DNA of 63,982 nucleotides, filler included, from Aduncisulcus paluster (lineage: Eukaryota), in assembly GCA_024181965.1 (NCBI GenBank). It is 6 parts of 6 records of this genome, joined end to end, with 100 filler letters (N's around TTAATTAATTAA, not from the genome) between each part and the next. Parts side by side here need not be neighbours in the genome. Positions count along the whole stretch, not along the records: positions 1 to 28,579 come from BQXS01012636.1; 5 more parts are not named here. One strand, 5' to 3'. Both the position numbers and the translations under genes were made by a program. This document shows positions 11,537 through 22,687 of the stretch, one piece after another. Every line of letters begins with the position of its first letter. Position 1 is the first letter of the stretch. The notes beneath the pieces were generated by a model. It was given only the letters and a program-made list of their open reading frames with translations, was not told where the DNA came from and did not search any database.

Positions 11537-14500
11537 ATGGATACAAAACCAATCATTTTTAGGTTCGAAGGTGGTCATACAAAATTGTTATCCGAACTAT
11601 CAATCGAAGATATGTTTTCTTTATTAAAAGATCCAACAGCATTAACACACGAACAACATGTCGGAATTATCGCTGAAATTCAAGGTTCTTGGAAAGCTGA
11701 ACATAAAAAGACTAACAAAAAAGGGGAAAAGGAAGAGGAAGAGGAAGCCAAGAGAAAACAACCTATTGCACGAGATCACGAAGTCATTCCGCTCAAATGT
11801 CCAATTCTACGGTCATGTGGAAGATCTGATTTCTTAAATTTCAGAGCTGCGTATGAAGAATATGCGAGATCTGGGGGAAGACTCCCTCCGGAACAATGTA
11901 TGCATAGAAGTGCTCAATTGGAGTGGGCTCTGATAGAAACGGATGCTAAAAAGAGGACCAGCATTCTAGACGCATTGGTCAAGGAGCATGCAGCATCTTC
12001 TTTCCCCATTCTAAAGCAGAGAATTCGATACCTGGTTCCTAAGGGAAAGATGGACGTTGATAAGCTAAGAACGTACTTAGGGGCTGTGGGCGATGAACTT
12101 TCACTCCTCCCGGAGCCGTTGCGGGGACGTAGGAAGGAAATAAGCGCCTTTTGTGTGATGGTATGTGAGGACCGAGAGTTCAAATCGGCCATGCTGGACG
12201 TCGTGAGGTTCTCGTCATCATTCTGTCTCCATGACTTGATGAAGAGATCAAAAGAGTATTTCGGCTACAGAGCCATTGTGGATTCAGTCGAAACGGAGAG
12301 AACGAGAGGATTCAGGAAGGGACAGAGCAAAGGTAACTCTTTTCACGGTGGCACTCAGCATGCTTCAGCACCAAGAGGGAGAGGCCGTGGTCGGGGACGT
12401 AGACACCACCACGACAGGAGTGAACGAAATGTTTCTGAAAAGGAAGTCAGAGCCGTGAAAATAGCCAGTAAAGGCGAAGATTTTTGTTTGTCTGGATTTG
12501 TGAAGGACGGAAGCTCGAAAGTTCCAGTCAAAGCCCTCGTCGACACGGGATCCCAGGTGAATATTATTCACCCCAGGCTGTACGATACTTTGTCGCATGT
12601 GAAGGTTGANNNNNNNNNNNNNNNNNNNNTGCTTCAGCACCAAGAGGGAGAGGCCGTGGTCGGGGACGTAGACACCACCACGACAGGAGTGAACGAAATG
12701 TTTCTGAAAAGGAAGTCAGAGCCGTGACAATAGCCAGTAAAGGCGAAGATTTTTGTTTGTCTGGATTTGTGAAGGACGGAAGCTCGAAAGTTCCAGTCAA
12801 AGCCCTCGTCGACACGGGATCCCAGGTGAATATTATTCACCCCAGGCTGTACGATACTTTGTCGCATGTGAAGGTTGAAAAGCTGAACCAATCGTCATCA
12901 AGAGGGACGGATTCGACGAAGAACATGAGCAGGTAATGAACGTAGCGTTCACGGCCATCGATGAAGATAACACATACTCTCTGGAAACAAATTTTTTCGC
13001 AGTGGTGAGTGATGTGGTCAACACCCACGACATGATACTAGGAGTGGACTGGGCAAGAAGCACGGGTGTTGTGAACACCACGCTGATCCCCAAGCGAGAC
13101 AAAGATGAAGAGGTCGACCCATTTTCGAAAGTGGATGAACTGGGTGATATACCAGTCGATGTTTCTGACGAAGAGTTATTAGAGGAGGTGGCAAAGGTCC
13201 ACATTGGGAAAGGGAAGCGACAATTATCACAGCTTTTGAAGGAGTATAAGGACATACTCTCCCCTGTTCTTCCCCCAGAAGGTTCAAAGTTGCGAAAGTT
13301 TAAGATAGAGACTACATCAGATATGATCATACACAGGAAGGCAAGATTCTTGTCACCACCGAAAATGAAATTGGTAAAGGAAAAGATTGATAACTGGCTT
13401 GAGGCCGGGATCATAACTGAGAGTACGAGCCCATGGGCAGCCCCAATTGTTTTGGCTCCTCGCAGAGATGGTGATAAAAGATTATGTACAGATTTTACAG
13501 AGCTTAATGCAATTACGAAGCCCTTGCCGTTCCCCTTGCCACCGGTGAGACACTTATTGTCCTCATTGAAGGGATACTCATTATTCTCGACTTTTGACTT
13601 GAGAAGCGGGTTCCACCAGGTCCTGCTGGAAGAATCTGCTAAGGAGAAGACTGCTTTTATCACTCCTACGGGACACTATGAGTACAAGAGGCTCCCATTC
13701 GGGTTAAAAAATGCCCCAGCCCATTTCCAACAGGAGATGTCGAGATTGTTAGGCGATCTCGTACCTTCAGTGTGCTTCATTTACATCGATGATTTGATTG
13801 TCCCTGCAAACTCAATTAAAGAGATGGAGACAAAGTTGAGAAGGCTATTTACACGACTTCGGGAGATCCGGTTGAGGCTTAAAGCAAAGAAGTGTTTGAT
13901 CGGCATGGAAACAATTGAATATCTCGGTACGGAGATATCGAAGGACACGCTAAGACTGGCTCCTTCGAGACTCCAAGGGTTGAAAGATTTGGCGATTCCA
14001 AAGAATCGGAGAGGTGTCNNNNNNNNNNNNNNNNNNNNTGATTGTCCCTGCAAACTCAATTAAAGAGATGGAGACAAAGTTGAGAAGGCTATTTACACGA
14101 CTTCGGGAGATCCGGTTGAGGCTTAAAGCAAAGAAGTGTTTGATCGGCATGGAAACAATTGAATATCTCGGTACGGAGATATCGAAGGACACGCTAAGAC
14201 TGGCTCCTTCGAGACTCCAAGGGTTGAAAGATTTGGCGATTCCAAAGAATCGGAGAGGTGTCAAATCAGTAATAGGTCTTTTCAGCTATTACAGAGCATA
14301 TATTGATCACTTTGAGTCGAAGATTGATCCTTTGAGAAAGTTGACAACTGGTAAGTTCGAGTGGAAGCAGCTCCATCAGGAAGCTTTCGATAACATACGG
14401 CAAGAGTTGCTGGACCGTCCACCGCTTCATCAGATCGATTATACAAAAGACATTATTCTGCGTACTGATGCGTCAGACGTAGGGCTCGGGGGCATACTTC

Positions 14501-16253
14501 TACAGAAGACCAAGGAGGGTGTCGAAGAGACGATAATGTTCATAAGTAAGGCTTTTCGGGGAGCTGAAACACGCTGGCAGACTAATGAACAAGAATGTTT
14601 CGCGATCAAATATTGCTTGGAAAAGTGTGAACATCTCCTGAACGGAGTTAAATTCACAGTCGAAACAGACCATCGCAACTTGTTGTTCATGGCTAAGACA
14701 AAGAATCAGAAAGTGAGGCGTTGGAATGCGCTCATGTCCCAATTCGACTTCAATTTGCGTCATGTAGAAGGAGTGGAAAACGTAGTTGCGGATTAAGCAG
14801 AGTGGGATTCGTTCGACGTGTAGCTATCAACTTGGAAACATTAATCGAGAAAGTTAAGAAAGCTCAAGAACAGCTCACGGATGAAGAAAAGAAAGACTGC
14901 TATGAGGAGGACGGAATGTTCCTAACTCTTAGGGGAGACAAACTGCTGATACCTAAGAGCGAAAGCACATTAAAACGATGGATATTGTCAGAACACCATA
15001 ATTCGGTGGTGGGTCATGGAGGAAGAACGGCTACTGTAGACAAGATCCTCCAGACTGGAGTGACTTGGTCTGGATTGTACACTGATGTACGGAAGTTGGT
15101 TGCTGGTTGCCCCGTGTGCATTAAACTGAAGGCAAAGCCGCCAAAACCTTCAACTACATTGTCTATTCACAAGTCATTGCCTTTCCGCACGATAGCGGTT
15201 GATACTCTAGGCCCGTTCCCCGTAGATGTCAATGGATATGCATACATCATAGTCATGATTGATTGCTTCACTAGGTTGTGTGAATTGGTCCCTGTGAAGA
15301 CTACGAACTCTCACGAGGCTGCATTAGCAATATTCAATGGATGGTTTGCTCGGTATGGTCTACCCCATACGGTTGTTAGCGACCAGGGATCGCAATTTTG
15401 CAATTATTTGTCTGATCATATATATGATACCTTTGGAGTCAAGCATCATAGGATAGTAACAGGCCATCATTCCGCTAATGGTATTGTTGAAAGGCTTAAC
15501 AAGGAGATAACAAAACATATCCAAGCTTTGATTATCGAGATCGGTCATCGGGAAAAGTGGACTGAGTTACTTCCTCTTGTACAGAACATCTGTATCAATA
15601 CATCACATTCCTCTACAGGTACGACTGCTCAAAAGTTGGTATTCGGGGATTTTGCTTGCAAATCGGTCATGAAAGACTGGAATAAGTCACGAATTGAGTC
15701 TGAGACCGAGATGCCAAAAGAGAGGGAAGAGGAAATGGATTATGTGGAATCTCTAACCTCAAACATCGATCGGTTATGAAGACGAGCCGATATACATCAG
15801 CGCAGGAAGTTGGAGCGTGAAAGTGGAATTAACATTCCCCAATTCCTGGAAGGATCATACGTACTGGTGAGAAGTACAGCGAAGACTGACAAGCTCACAC
15901 CAGAGTTTTCAGGACCATATAAGGTGTTAAGTAAGATCTCTGAGAAAGAGTATCGTGTTGTGAACATAGCATCGGCTGGCGACGATAGGACAGCTCATGT
16001 GGACGACATGGTTGACTTCGAGATGGACAGCTCAAAGGACCCGCAGGTAGTGTTGAATTTAGCGGTCAGAGATCTTGGATTCCGCTTGGTTGAGCGAATA
16101 ACCAAACATCGCCGGAGGAATGGGTGCCTCGAGGTACTGGTCAAATGGTACGGTATACCAGAGGGCAGGAGCACCTGGCAGGCTGCAAAGCCCTTAAAGA
16201 ACCTAAGGTTGCTGAAGGAGTATATGTCTAAGCATCGTCTTAGGAAGTTATAA
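11537..16253 (+). pseudogene. Gag-Pol polyprotein of element A, broken by frameshifts, stops and two gap-associated duplications
   Basis: ORF pieces 11537, 12724, 12936, 14014, 14721 and 15810 are collinear with and highly similar to the intact 1404-aa ORF of element B. Confidence 0.9.
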
Positions 16254-16295
16254 TGCGCACAATTTATCATACGTTTGCTCGAGAAGGAGGGGTAG

Positions 16296-16392
16296 TGAGA
16301 TGGATTCGGATGATCCAACGAATGAGTAAATTTGGTGCTAGGGAATCTATTTTATTTTATTCCGACAGTTAGGCACCTTGGGTACCATAACA
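16296..16392 (+). repeat. 3' LTR of element A (97 bp)
   Basis: Direct repeat of 11352-11448, preceded by PPT and TAG. Confidence 0.95.
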
Positions 16393-16680
16393 CAGCACTT
16401 TTCGGGGCAAGTCTCTTTCGAAGTAACACCATGAGAGACTTTTCCTTATCCTCAGGTGGGCATAGAAATGGAGCAGCCTACAAACATGAGAAGAAAGGCA
16501 TAATTCAATTGGTTTTGTGCCTCCTCGCAAGACATAAGCCTTGTGGTCAGAAATAAAAACCTCATACTCCTTCACATTCGACCTTAAGGATTCGTCATTA
16601 AAATTAATCGATGGGATATTGTAAGCAACTAGTAAATTTGATCACTGTCTACAGTTATTAGTAACTGGAAACATTTTTTT
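16393..16680 (-). pseudogene. 5' part of gag of element C, separated by the element A insertion
   Basis: YEVFISDHKAYVLRGGTKPIELCL gag motif; removing element A rejoins LAPKSA to EELFARLS in frame. Confidence 0.8.
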
Positions 16681-17209
16681 GTGTAAACAGTTATCCAAAT
16701 AGCAAAATTTTGTAATTAGAATATTTATTATCGATCTAAATTCCAAGTTTAGCAAATCCAAAATTTATAATGCCGCCTAGATTGAAATTCAGAAATTCTT
16801 ATTCTAGAACAGGCGACGAACACCTTAAAAAATTTAAGGAAAGTACAAGAATGTTGAAATCCGAGCTTGAACNNNNNNNNNNNNNNNNNNNNCAGGTGGG
16901 CATAGAAATGGAGCAGCCTACAAACATGAGAAGAAAGGCATAATTCAATTGGTTTTGTGCCTCCTCGCAAGACATAAGCCTTGTGGTCAGAAATAAAAAC
17001 CTCATACTCCTTCACATTCGACCTTAAGGATTCGTCATTAAAATTAATCGATGGGATATTGTAAGCAACTAGTAAATTTGATCACTGTCTACAGTTATTA
17101 GTAACTGGAAACATTTTTTTGTGTAAACAGTTATCCAAATAGCAAAATTTTGTAATTAGAATATTTATTATCGATCTAAATTCCAAGTTTAGCAAATCCA
17201 AAATTTATA

Positions 17210-18444
17210 ATGCCGCCTAGATTGAAATTCAGAAATTCTTATTCTAGAACAGGCGACGAACACCTTAAAAAATTTAAGGAAAGTACAAGAATGTTGAAAT
17301 CCGAGCTTGAACGCCATTTAGCTAAAACACCCATTAACAAGGCCCTCACCAGTGACGACCCAAAAATGTCCAAGGTGACGACCGGTGACGACCTCCCTTG
17401 AAAACCATCAAATTTCAGTAAAATATGTTTTTTTTTTAGTTTTAATTTTACTATTATTCAGAATTATACATTCCCATTGCGAGGATATGTGATAACACAA
17501 GGAACATATATTACATATTTTAATTTTATTCTGAGTATTTTCATGGATCAAGTCCAAAATGTGATGAAAATCAGATGAAAATGTGACTTGATTTTACGAT
17601 GAAAATGGGGAAAGGTGACGACCGGTGACGACCTGGTCGTCACTGGTGAGGGCCTTGCCCATTAAGGTCGAAAAAGATACCGTAATAGGCACCGTAAAAA
17701 GAGCGGAAGCTTCAGTATTAAAGGCCCCCAAGCTGGAAAAATTCGAAAAAAACGGCTTACTTTTATTTTAAGGCCGACTTTAAAGCGTACTCTCAGGATG
17801 GTGGAAAAGTCAGCCCATGGACATGTATAACGGAAAAAACGAAGATCATGATCGATACGGAAGTAGATGATGTTGACGAGGACGACATATTTACATCATT
17901 AGACGCATACTTCAAGACCGAAGACGATACGGAGCTTTACGCCGAGCTGGAGACAGTTAACATGAAGGGAACATCTTTGGATGCCTTGAGAGAGTATCTA
18001 CAATATCATGTGACCAAAACGGAAGATGTGTGGTCTCAAAGGAAGCAAAAGGATTAAAAGAAAAAATAATGTCAGTATTTCATGGTCACAAGCTTATGGG
18101 GCACCTTGGAATAAGATCCACCATAAAAACAATAGTGGAGAAATTCATCTGGAAAGGACTGTACAAGGATGTGGAAGAAAATATCAAAACCTGTTTGGTA
18201 TGTCAAAAGTTAAGAATTCACCATAAAATCAATCATCCTGTCGTTTCTACCACAAGTTTTTCATTATTCGACACGATAGCAATCGATACCTTTGAACCAC
18301 TGACGTTTGCTGGCTAAAAGAAATGGGTGATTGTAATCATTGACTGTTTTTCCCGTTTCATTGAGATCTACCCCACACGAGGCACGTCAGCAATTGAAGC
18401 TGATGACAGTATAATAGATTTTATTGGAAGATATCAGATTCCAA
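17210..18444 (+). pseudogene. Degenerate Ty3/gypsy gag and integrase remnant, split by a MITE
   Basis: After MITE removal reads AKTPIKVEKD...DFKAYSQDGGKVSPWTC; then FHGHKLMGHLG...CLVCQK, IAIDTF, IIDCFSRF. Confidence 0.8.
17338..17657. mobile_element. Non-autonomous hAT MITE, 320 bp
   Basis: Perfect 23-bp TIRs CAAGGCCCTCACCAGTGACGACC (17338-17360 and 17635-17657), 8-bp TSD CCCATTAA (17330-17337 and 17658-17665), subterminal GTGACGACC repeats. Confidence 0.95.
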
Positions 18445-20821
18445 AGCTCACTATATTGACCTATTAGTTCTTTTAAACGTGTAAAGTTGGGGTATTCATT
18501 GTTCACGTAATCAGTGGGGTCCTCCCTGATTTCTTCCTCAGAAAAACAAGGATATTCATCGCTTTTCTCATCATCGTCGTCAACCACAACGTCTTCAATC
18601 CCGAACGCATTCATTTTATACAGTCCAAATTTTTCGCCTTCGTTCTTCCCAATTATCAGGTCATATTCGCCTACAAGGTCAGAAATAATTGGTTTTAATG
18701 GTAGGCATGTTAATCTTTTTGTTTTTCCTACTCTTATCGAAGTAAATACCTCGCAAATTTCATTACACTCCTTGGACGTATCTCCGTATTTAATTTCGAT
18801 AGGAGAAGTTGATTTGGATCTTATTCCAAGTTCTTTTGCTAAGATTGGATTAATAAACGATCTAGAAGCACCAGTGTCGATGAGAGCCCTAGCCCTTACT
18901 TTTTTGGCAACAATAGGATCCACCATAACTTCTACTTCGATCGTGGACCTGTCTTTTTGGTGACTGCTACAAATAGTATCACTTAATTTCATCAGATGGT
19001 CCTTTTTTGCGTTGTTCTTGGGTCGAAGTTCCGGATGTTCTTTCCAGCAGTTTTCTCTCGTGTGGCCGAATCTGCCGCAAGCAGGACAAACCTTCGACTT
19101 TTCACCTGAATCAGAGTTTCTCTTCCTTTTCTTTGAATCATCACTATTGTGGCCAAACTAACTATAATGCGGTCCAATTTATTAATAAACAGATCTCGAG
19201 CGAACCAATCTATTTTTAGAATGTCCCTGAGAATGGTCACCACACTATAATAATTCTTCTTCCTTCCTTGTCTACATACTATTACCGCTTTCCTCAATAC
19301 AATGCCGACTGCTTTACCGAAACCTTCAGTTCCTTCTCCACGCAACAATCTAACCTCATCCCTCAGTTTCGGATGCGTAAGATTCTTCTCAAATACCTCC
19401 ATCACCAGATCTGGTCTACGCTCCAAAAAATCTCTAGCTGATGAAAGGATATCCATAAATTTTGCTACATATCCATTAATATCAGCCATTGAACTAAATT
19501 TTGGACATCTCAACCTCTGTAATCTTCCCAACACGTCTGCATCGGTAGCTTTTCCGAGATGGTGCTCTAAAGTCGCAGCGACCACCTCTTCCGAGGGCTT
19601 AACCTCACCAGTTATTGCCGCTACACTGAATGCTACGGCATCAGATATGCAAGCTGATAGTTGGAGTCTCCCTCCGCGTCTCTTGTACTCTTTGAACTGA
19701 CGAATAAAAGTTTTATAGTTTTCCTTCAAAAAGGCGTCTAAAACGGGTGGACTTTCGACAGGCATTAACTGAGTGATAATGCTTTGGTCACATTCGAATA
19801 AATCTTTCGTTTTTCTGTACGATTGGGTGACAACTGGATGTCCTGATCCTATGTCCACATTCTGCGGACTTTTCGTCGATTCAAATCCAGCATCTGAATT
19901 CTCATCATTAGATTCCGATATTTCGCCTAGTTCCATTGGTCGTTTGCGCATGTGGGACGTTGACGTTTTTGCACTTGTGCTTTTCTTGCAATCCACTGAT
20001 CCTCCCGAACTTTCAGTCACAGAAGACGTTTTAACAGCTGTCTTATTTACGATAGTTCTTTCTTTTTTTGCCTCTATTAATTCCTTTTCCATTTTCACAT
20101 ATTTCCCTTCCATGTCCTCCATCCTCCTCGACATTGTTCCAATTTGGGTTTGAATGCTCGTCAGCATCGCCATAATACTATCAGTTTGATCCAATGTTTT
20201 CGGTGGGGTGGGATATGTTACGGGCTCCATGTCGAGTGTAACCTCCCTTCTTATAGGTGTTACTGGCGTTNNNNNNNNNNNNNNNNNNNNTTCTTGCAAT
20301 CCACTGATCCTCCCGAACTTTCAGTCACAGAAGACGTTTTAACAGCTGTCTTATTTACGATAGTTCTTTCTTTTTTTGCCTCTATTAATTCCTTTTCCAT
20401 TTTCACATATTTCCCTTCCATGTCCTCCATCCTCCTCGACATTGTTCCAATTTGGGTTTGAATGCTCGTCAGCATCGCCATAATACTATCAGTTTGATCC
20501 AATGTTTTCGGTGGGGTGGGATATGTTACGGGCTCCATGTCGAGTGTAACCTCCCTTCTTATAGGTGTTACTGGCGTTTCCGCATGCGCCGTCATGCTTG
20601 AGATTCCTGAGGACTTCTCTCGAAGCTTCTTTTCTGCTTCGGTCTTAGCTTTACGTTTCTTAGCCATGGTTTAATTCAGTAAATTATTTTTAGAAAAAAA
20701 AATATTCGCTAAAATAATATTATTTTAATACTTTCACTTCTGAAAGGGGCCAAATTTATTATTTCAAATAAAATCAAAATTATTCTTCTTTCTATTTTCC
20801 ACCAAACTCAATTCCCTTACA
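18445..20821 (-). mobile_element. 5' half of Ty3/gypsy element D (candidate LTR, gag, protease), truncated before the RT core
   Basis: Gag from 20667 (FKEYKRRGGRLQLSAC), CPACGRFGHTRENC knuckle in a shifted frame, LIDTGAS protease; candidate 81-bp LTR 20741-20821 reading TGTAAGGG...CCCTTTCA. Confidence 0.8.
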
Positions 20822-20900
20822 GCTCACTATATTGCGTAAGGATTGACTACCCGTTATAAGTGTTATTTTTATTATTCTATGTGTAAGCAAGTACCACAAA

Positions 20901-22420
20901 ATGCATTTTGACTTTGCTATTAGTAGTCATATGACTGAATCCGAATCCGAGTTAGATCCCGCTGCCCTGAACGTGATAGAAAGAAATGGACGTTTGATTT
21001 TGGATGACCAGGCCCATGAGCTTGAGGATAAGATCGCAAAAGATCTTGAACTAACTGCCAAGTCAGTTGATGAAGTCCCAGCCACGGCCGAGGAACCAAG
21101 TGTCCTCTCAGGAGCTTCTAACGGGGGAGTAGCAAGGAGAATTCGTAAGCCTTGCTCTCCTATTGGAGTTCTTAATGTGCTCTCAACTGTGCCCACCCGG
21201 AAGGGGAATGTGGCACCAGGCCACTCAAAAACTCCAAGCAGTTCTACGATGGTAATCAAGAGGCCAGGAACCTCTCATGTATGGGCTGTGTGTTCAGTCA
21301 CCAAGAAGACGTCACACAAGAAGAAGTCCCCAGAAAAGAGACGGAGTAAGGAAGCTGCAAGGGCTAAACCTTCTTCCCAAGAGAAGAAACATGATCTTGA
21401 AGACTCAAAGTCTGAGAAAACTGCCAAGCACAGTAGAACTGAGTCTCAAAGTGATTCATTTGAAATGGAGTCAGAGCCCAAGGTGCCTGAGGAGTGAAGG
21501 AGGGTGAAACCCCAATGGTGGTGGATAAGCCTAAGAAAGAAGTTCACAAGGAAAGCTTCAAGGAAGAAGAGTCCAAGAAACCTGATGCTACTGCAGAAAT
21601 GGCAGTAGAAATGCTAAGCCAAGTCGGCATCAGTGAAGAGGAACCAAGGAGGTTTCACTCAAGTTCCCATGGAGGAATTTTTGGACCTGCGAAGTCACCA
21701 TCTCCAGAAGAGCTCCGTATAAGAGCTATGCAAGAGGAGATGGCCAAGATGAAGCAGACCATTGAGGAACTCATGAAGAGGAATGCAGACCAAGGACTGC
21801 ACAGCTCGACATCATCAGTGTCAAGCGCCTCTGTGAGACCTGTGGTGGTATTGGCCCAAAGCGCCACTCCCCCGATGTTGAAAGAGATTGAGGACGTTGC
21901 CCTCCATGAATGGGCAACGAAGCTGGACCTGTACATGGTAGTGCAATGCTGGAGAAAGTGTCCTCAGCCATGAAGGAGGAGAGAAAGAAGCTGAAGCCCG
22001 AAGAACACATTAGTCTGGGCCAGGCATTGGACATTCTGAGTGAATGTGCATGAGGGCTCGATGAAAAGCTCGCCTTCGCTGCAGGAATGAACCCTCACAC
22101 AGGGTCACGAAGATCTTTCTCAAGAAGGAAAGAAGGCGACAAAGAGTCTGAAGAAGAAGATAGTGGCAACCAAGATGTGTCAGAACTCAGTGAGTCTCCT
22201 GAGCACCCAGGCAAATACTGGGGTATCAAGAGTACCAAGGGAGCATTTCCCCCATGTGTGTACTGTGGGATGTCAAATCACCCAGCTCCATGCTGTCTAA
22301 GAAAAGATGGTGGTGCATCCAAGCCCTTTGGAACGCACAATGTCCCTCTCACGAAGGAGGAGATCTCAAAATACTGGGCCGAGCTCAGGGCAATGTACAA
22401 GAAGGCCCCTGAGCAGATGT
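20901..22420 (+). pseudogene. Gag-like remnant, element E
   Basis: Three broken ORFs; PPMLKEIEDVALHEWATKLDLY gag-like segment and CVYCGMSNHPAPCC knuckle. Confidence 0.6.
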
Positions 22421-22561
22421 CCCCAATGCACGTGATAATGTCTTTGGTTTTTCCTTCCTTTGTGTCCCAGGATAGTCTGGATAATCCGTCTTCCTTTGTC
22501 CATGGCGCGTAGTACTTGGTGCATACTCCGTTCTGTTATCTCATTCTCGACAACTTTTATG
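22415..22561 (-). pseudogene. Integrase C-terminus/chromodomain start of the element that hosts B
   Basis: In frame with 27080-27470 after removing B: VHIDDII-KVVENE...RIIQTILGHKGRKNQRHYHVHWG. Confidence 0.7.
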
Positions 22562-22648
22562 TGTAATCAGGCCTGGGTCAGTCTGAGTCGAACTAGCGTT
22601 CACTGTACCAAATTTATTATTTCGTCGGGCTCATCCGAACCCACTACA
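22562..22648 (-). repeat. 3' LTR of element B (87 bp)
   Basis: Identical to 26993-27079; TG...CA ends. Confidence 0.95.
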
Positions 22649-22687
22649 CTACCTCCTCTTTAGAGGTCGACGTAATAAATGATATCC

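Larger units (their letters stand above)
11352..16392 (+). mobile_element. Full-length Ty3/gypsy chromodomain LTR retrotransposon, element A (ORF disrupted)
   Basis: 97-bp TG...CA LTRs at both ends, CAG duplicated on the flanks, PPT GAGAAGGAGGGG at 16281-16292, domain order gag-PR(DTG)-RT(YIDD)-RNase H(TDAS)-INT-chromodomain. Confidence 0.95.

Noticed and set aside
12833..13663. Long antisense ORFs over pol and over low-complexity host genes (for example 41283-41972)
   Set aside because: Shadow frames of real coding sequence with no recognisable motifs
7160..20580. Near-identical 150-550 bp tandem duplications flanking ~20-N gaps (about 7453, 9475, 12610, 14019, 16873, 20271; also 36112, 44169, 59214)
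   Set aside because: Each is the same sequence on both sides of a short gap, typical of unmerged overlapping contig ends or haplotypes
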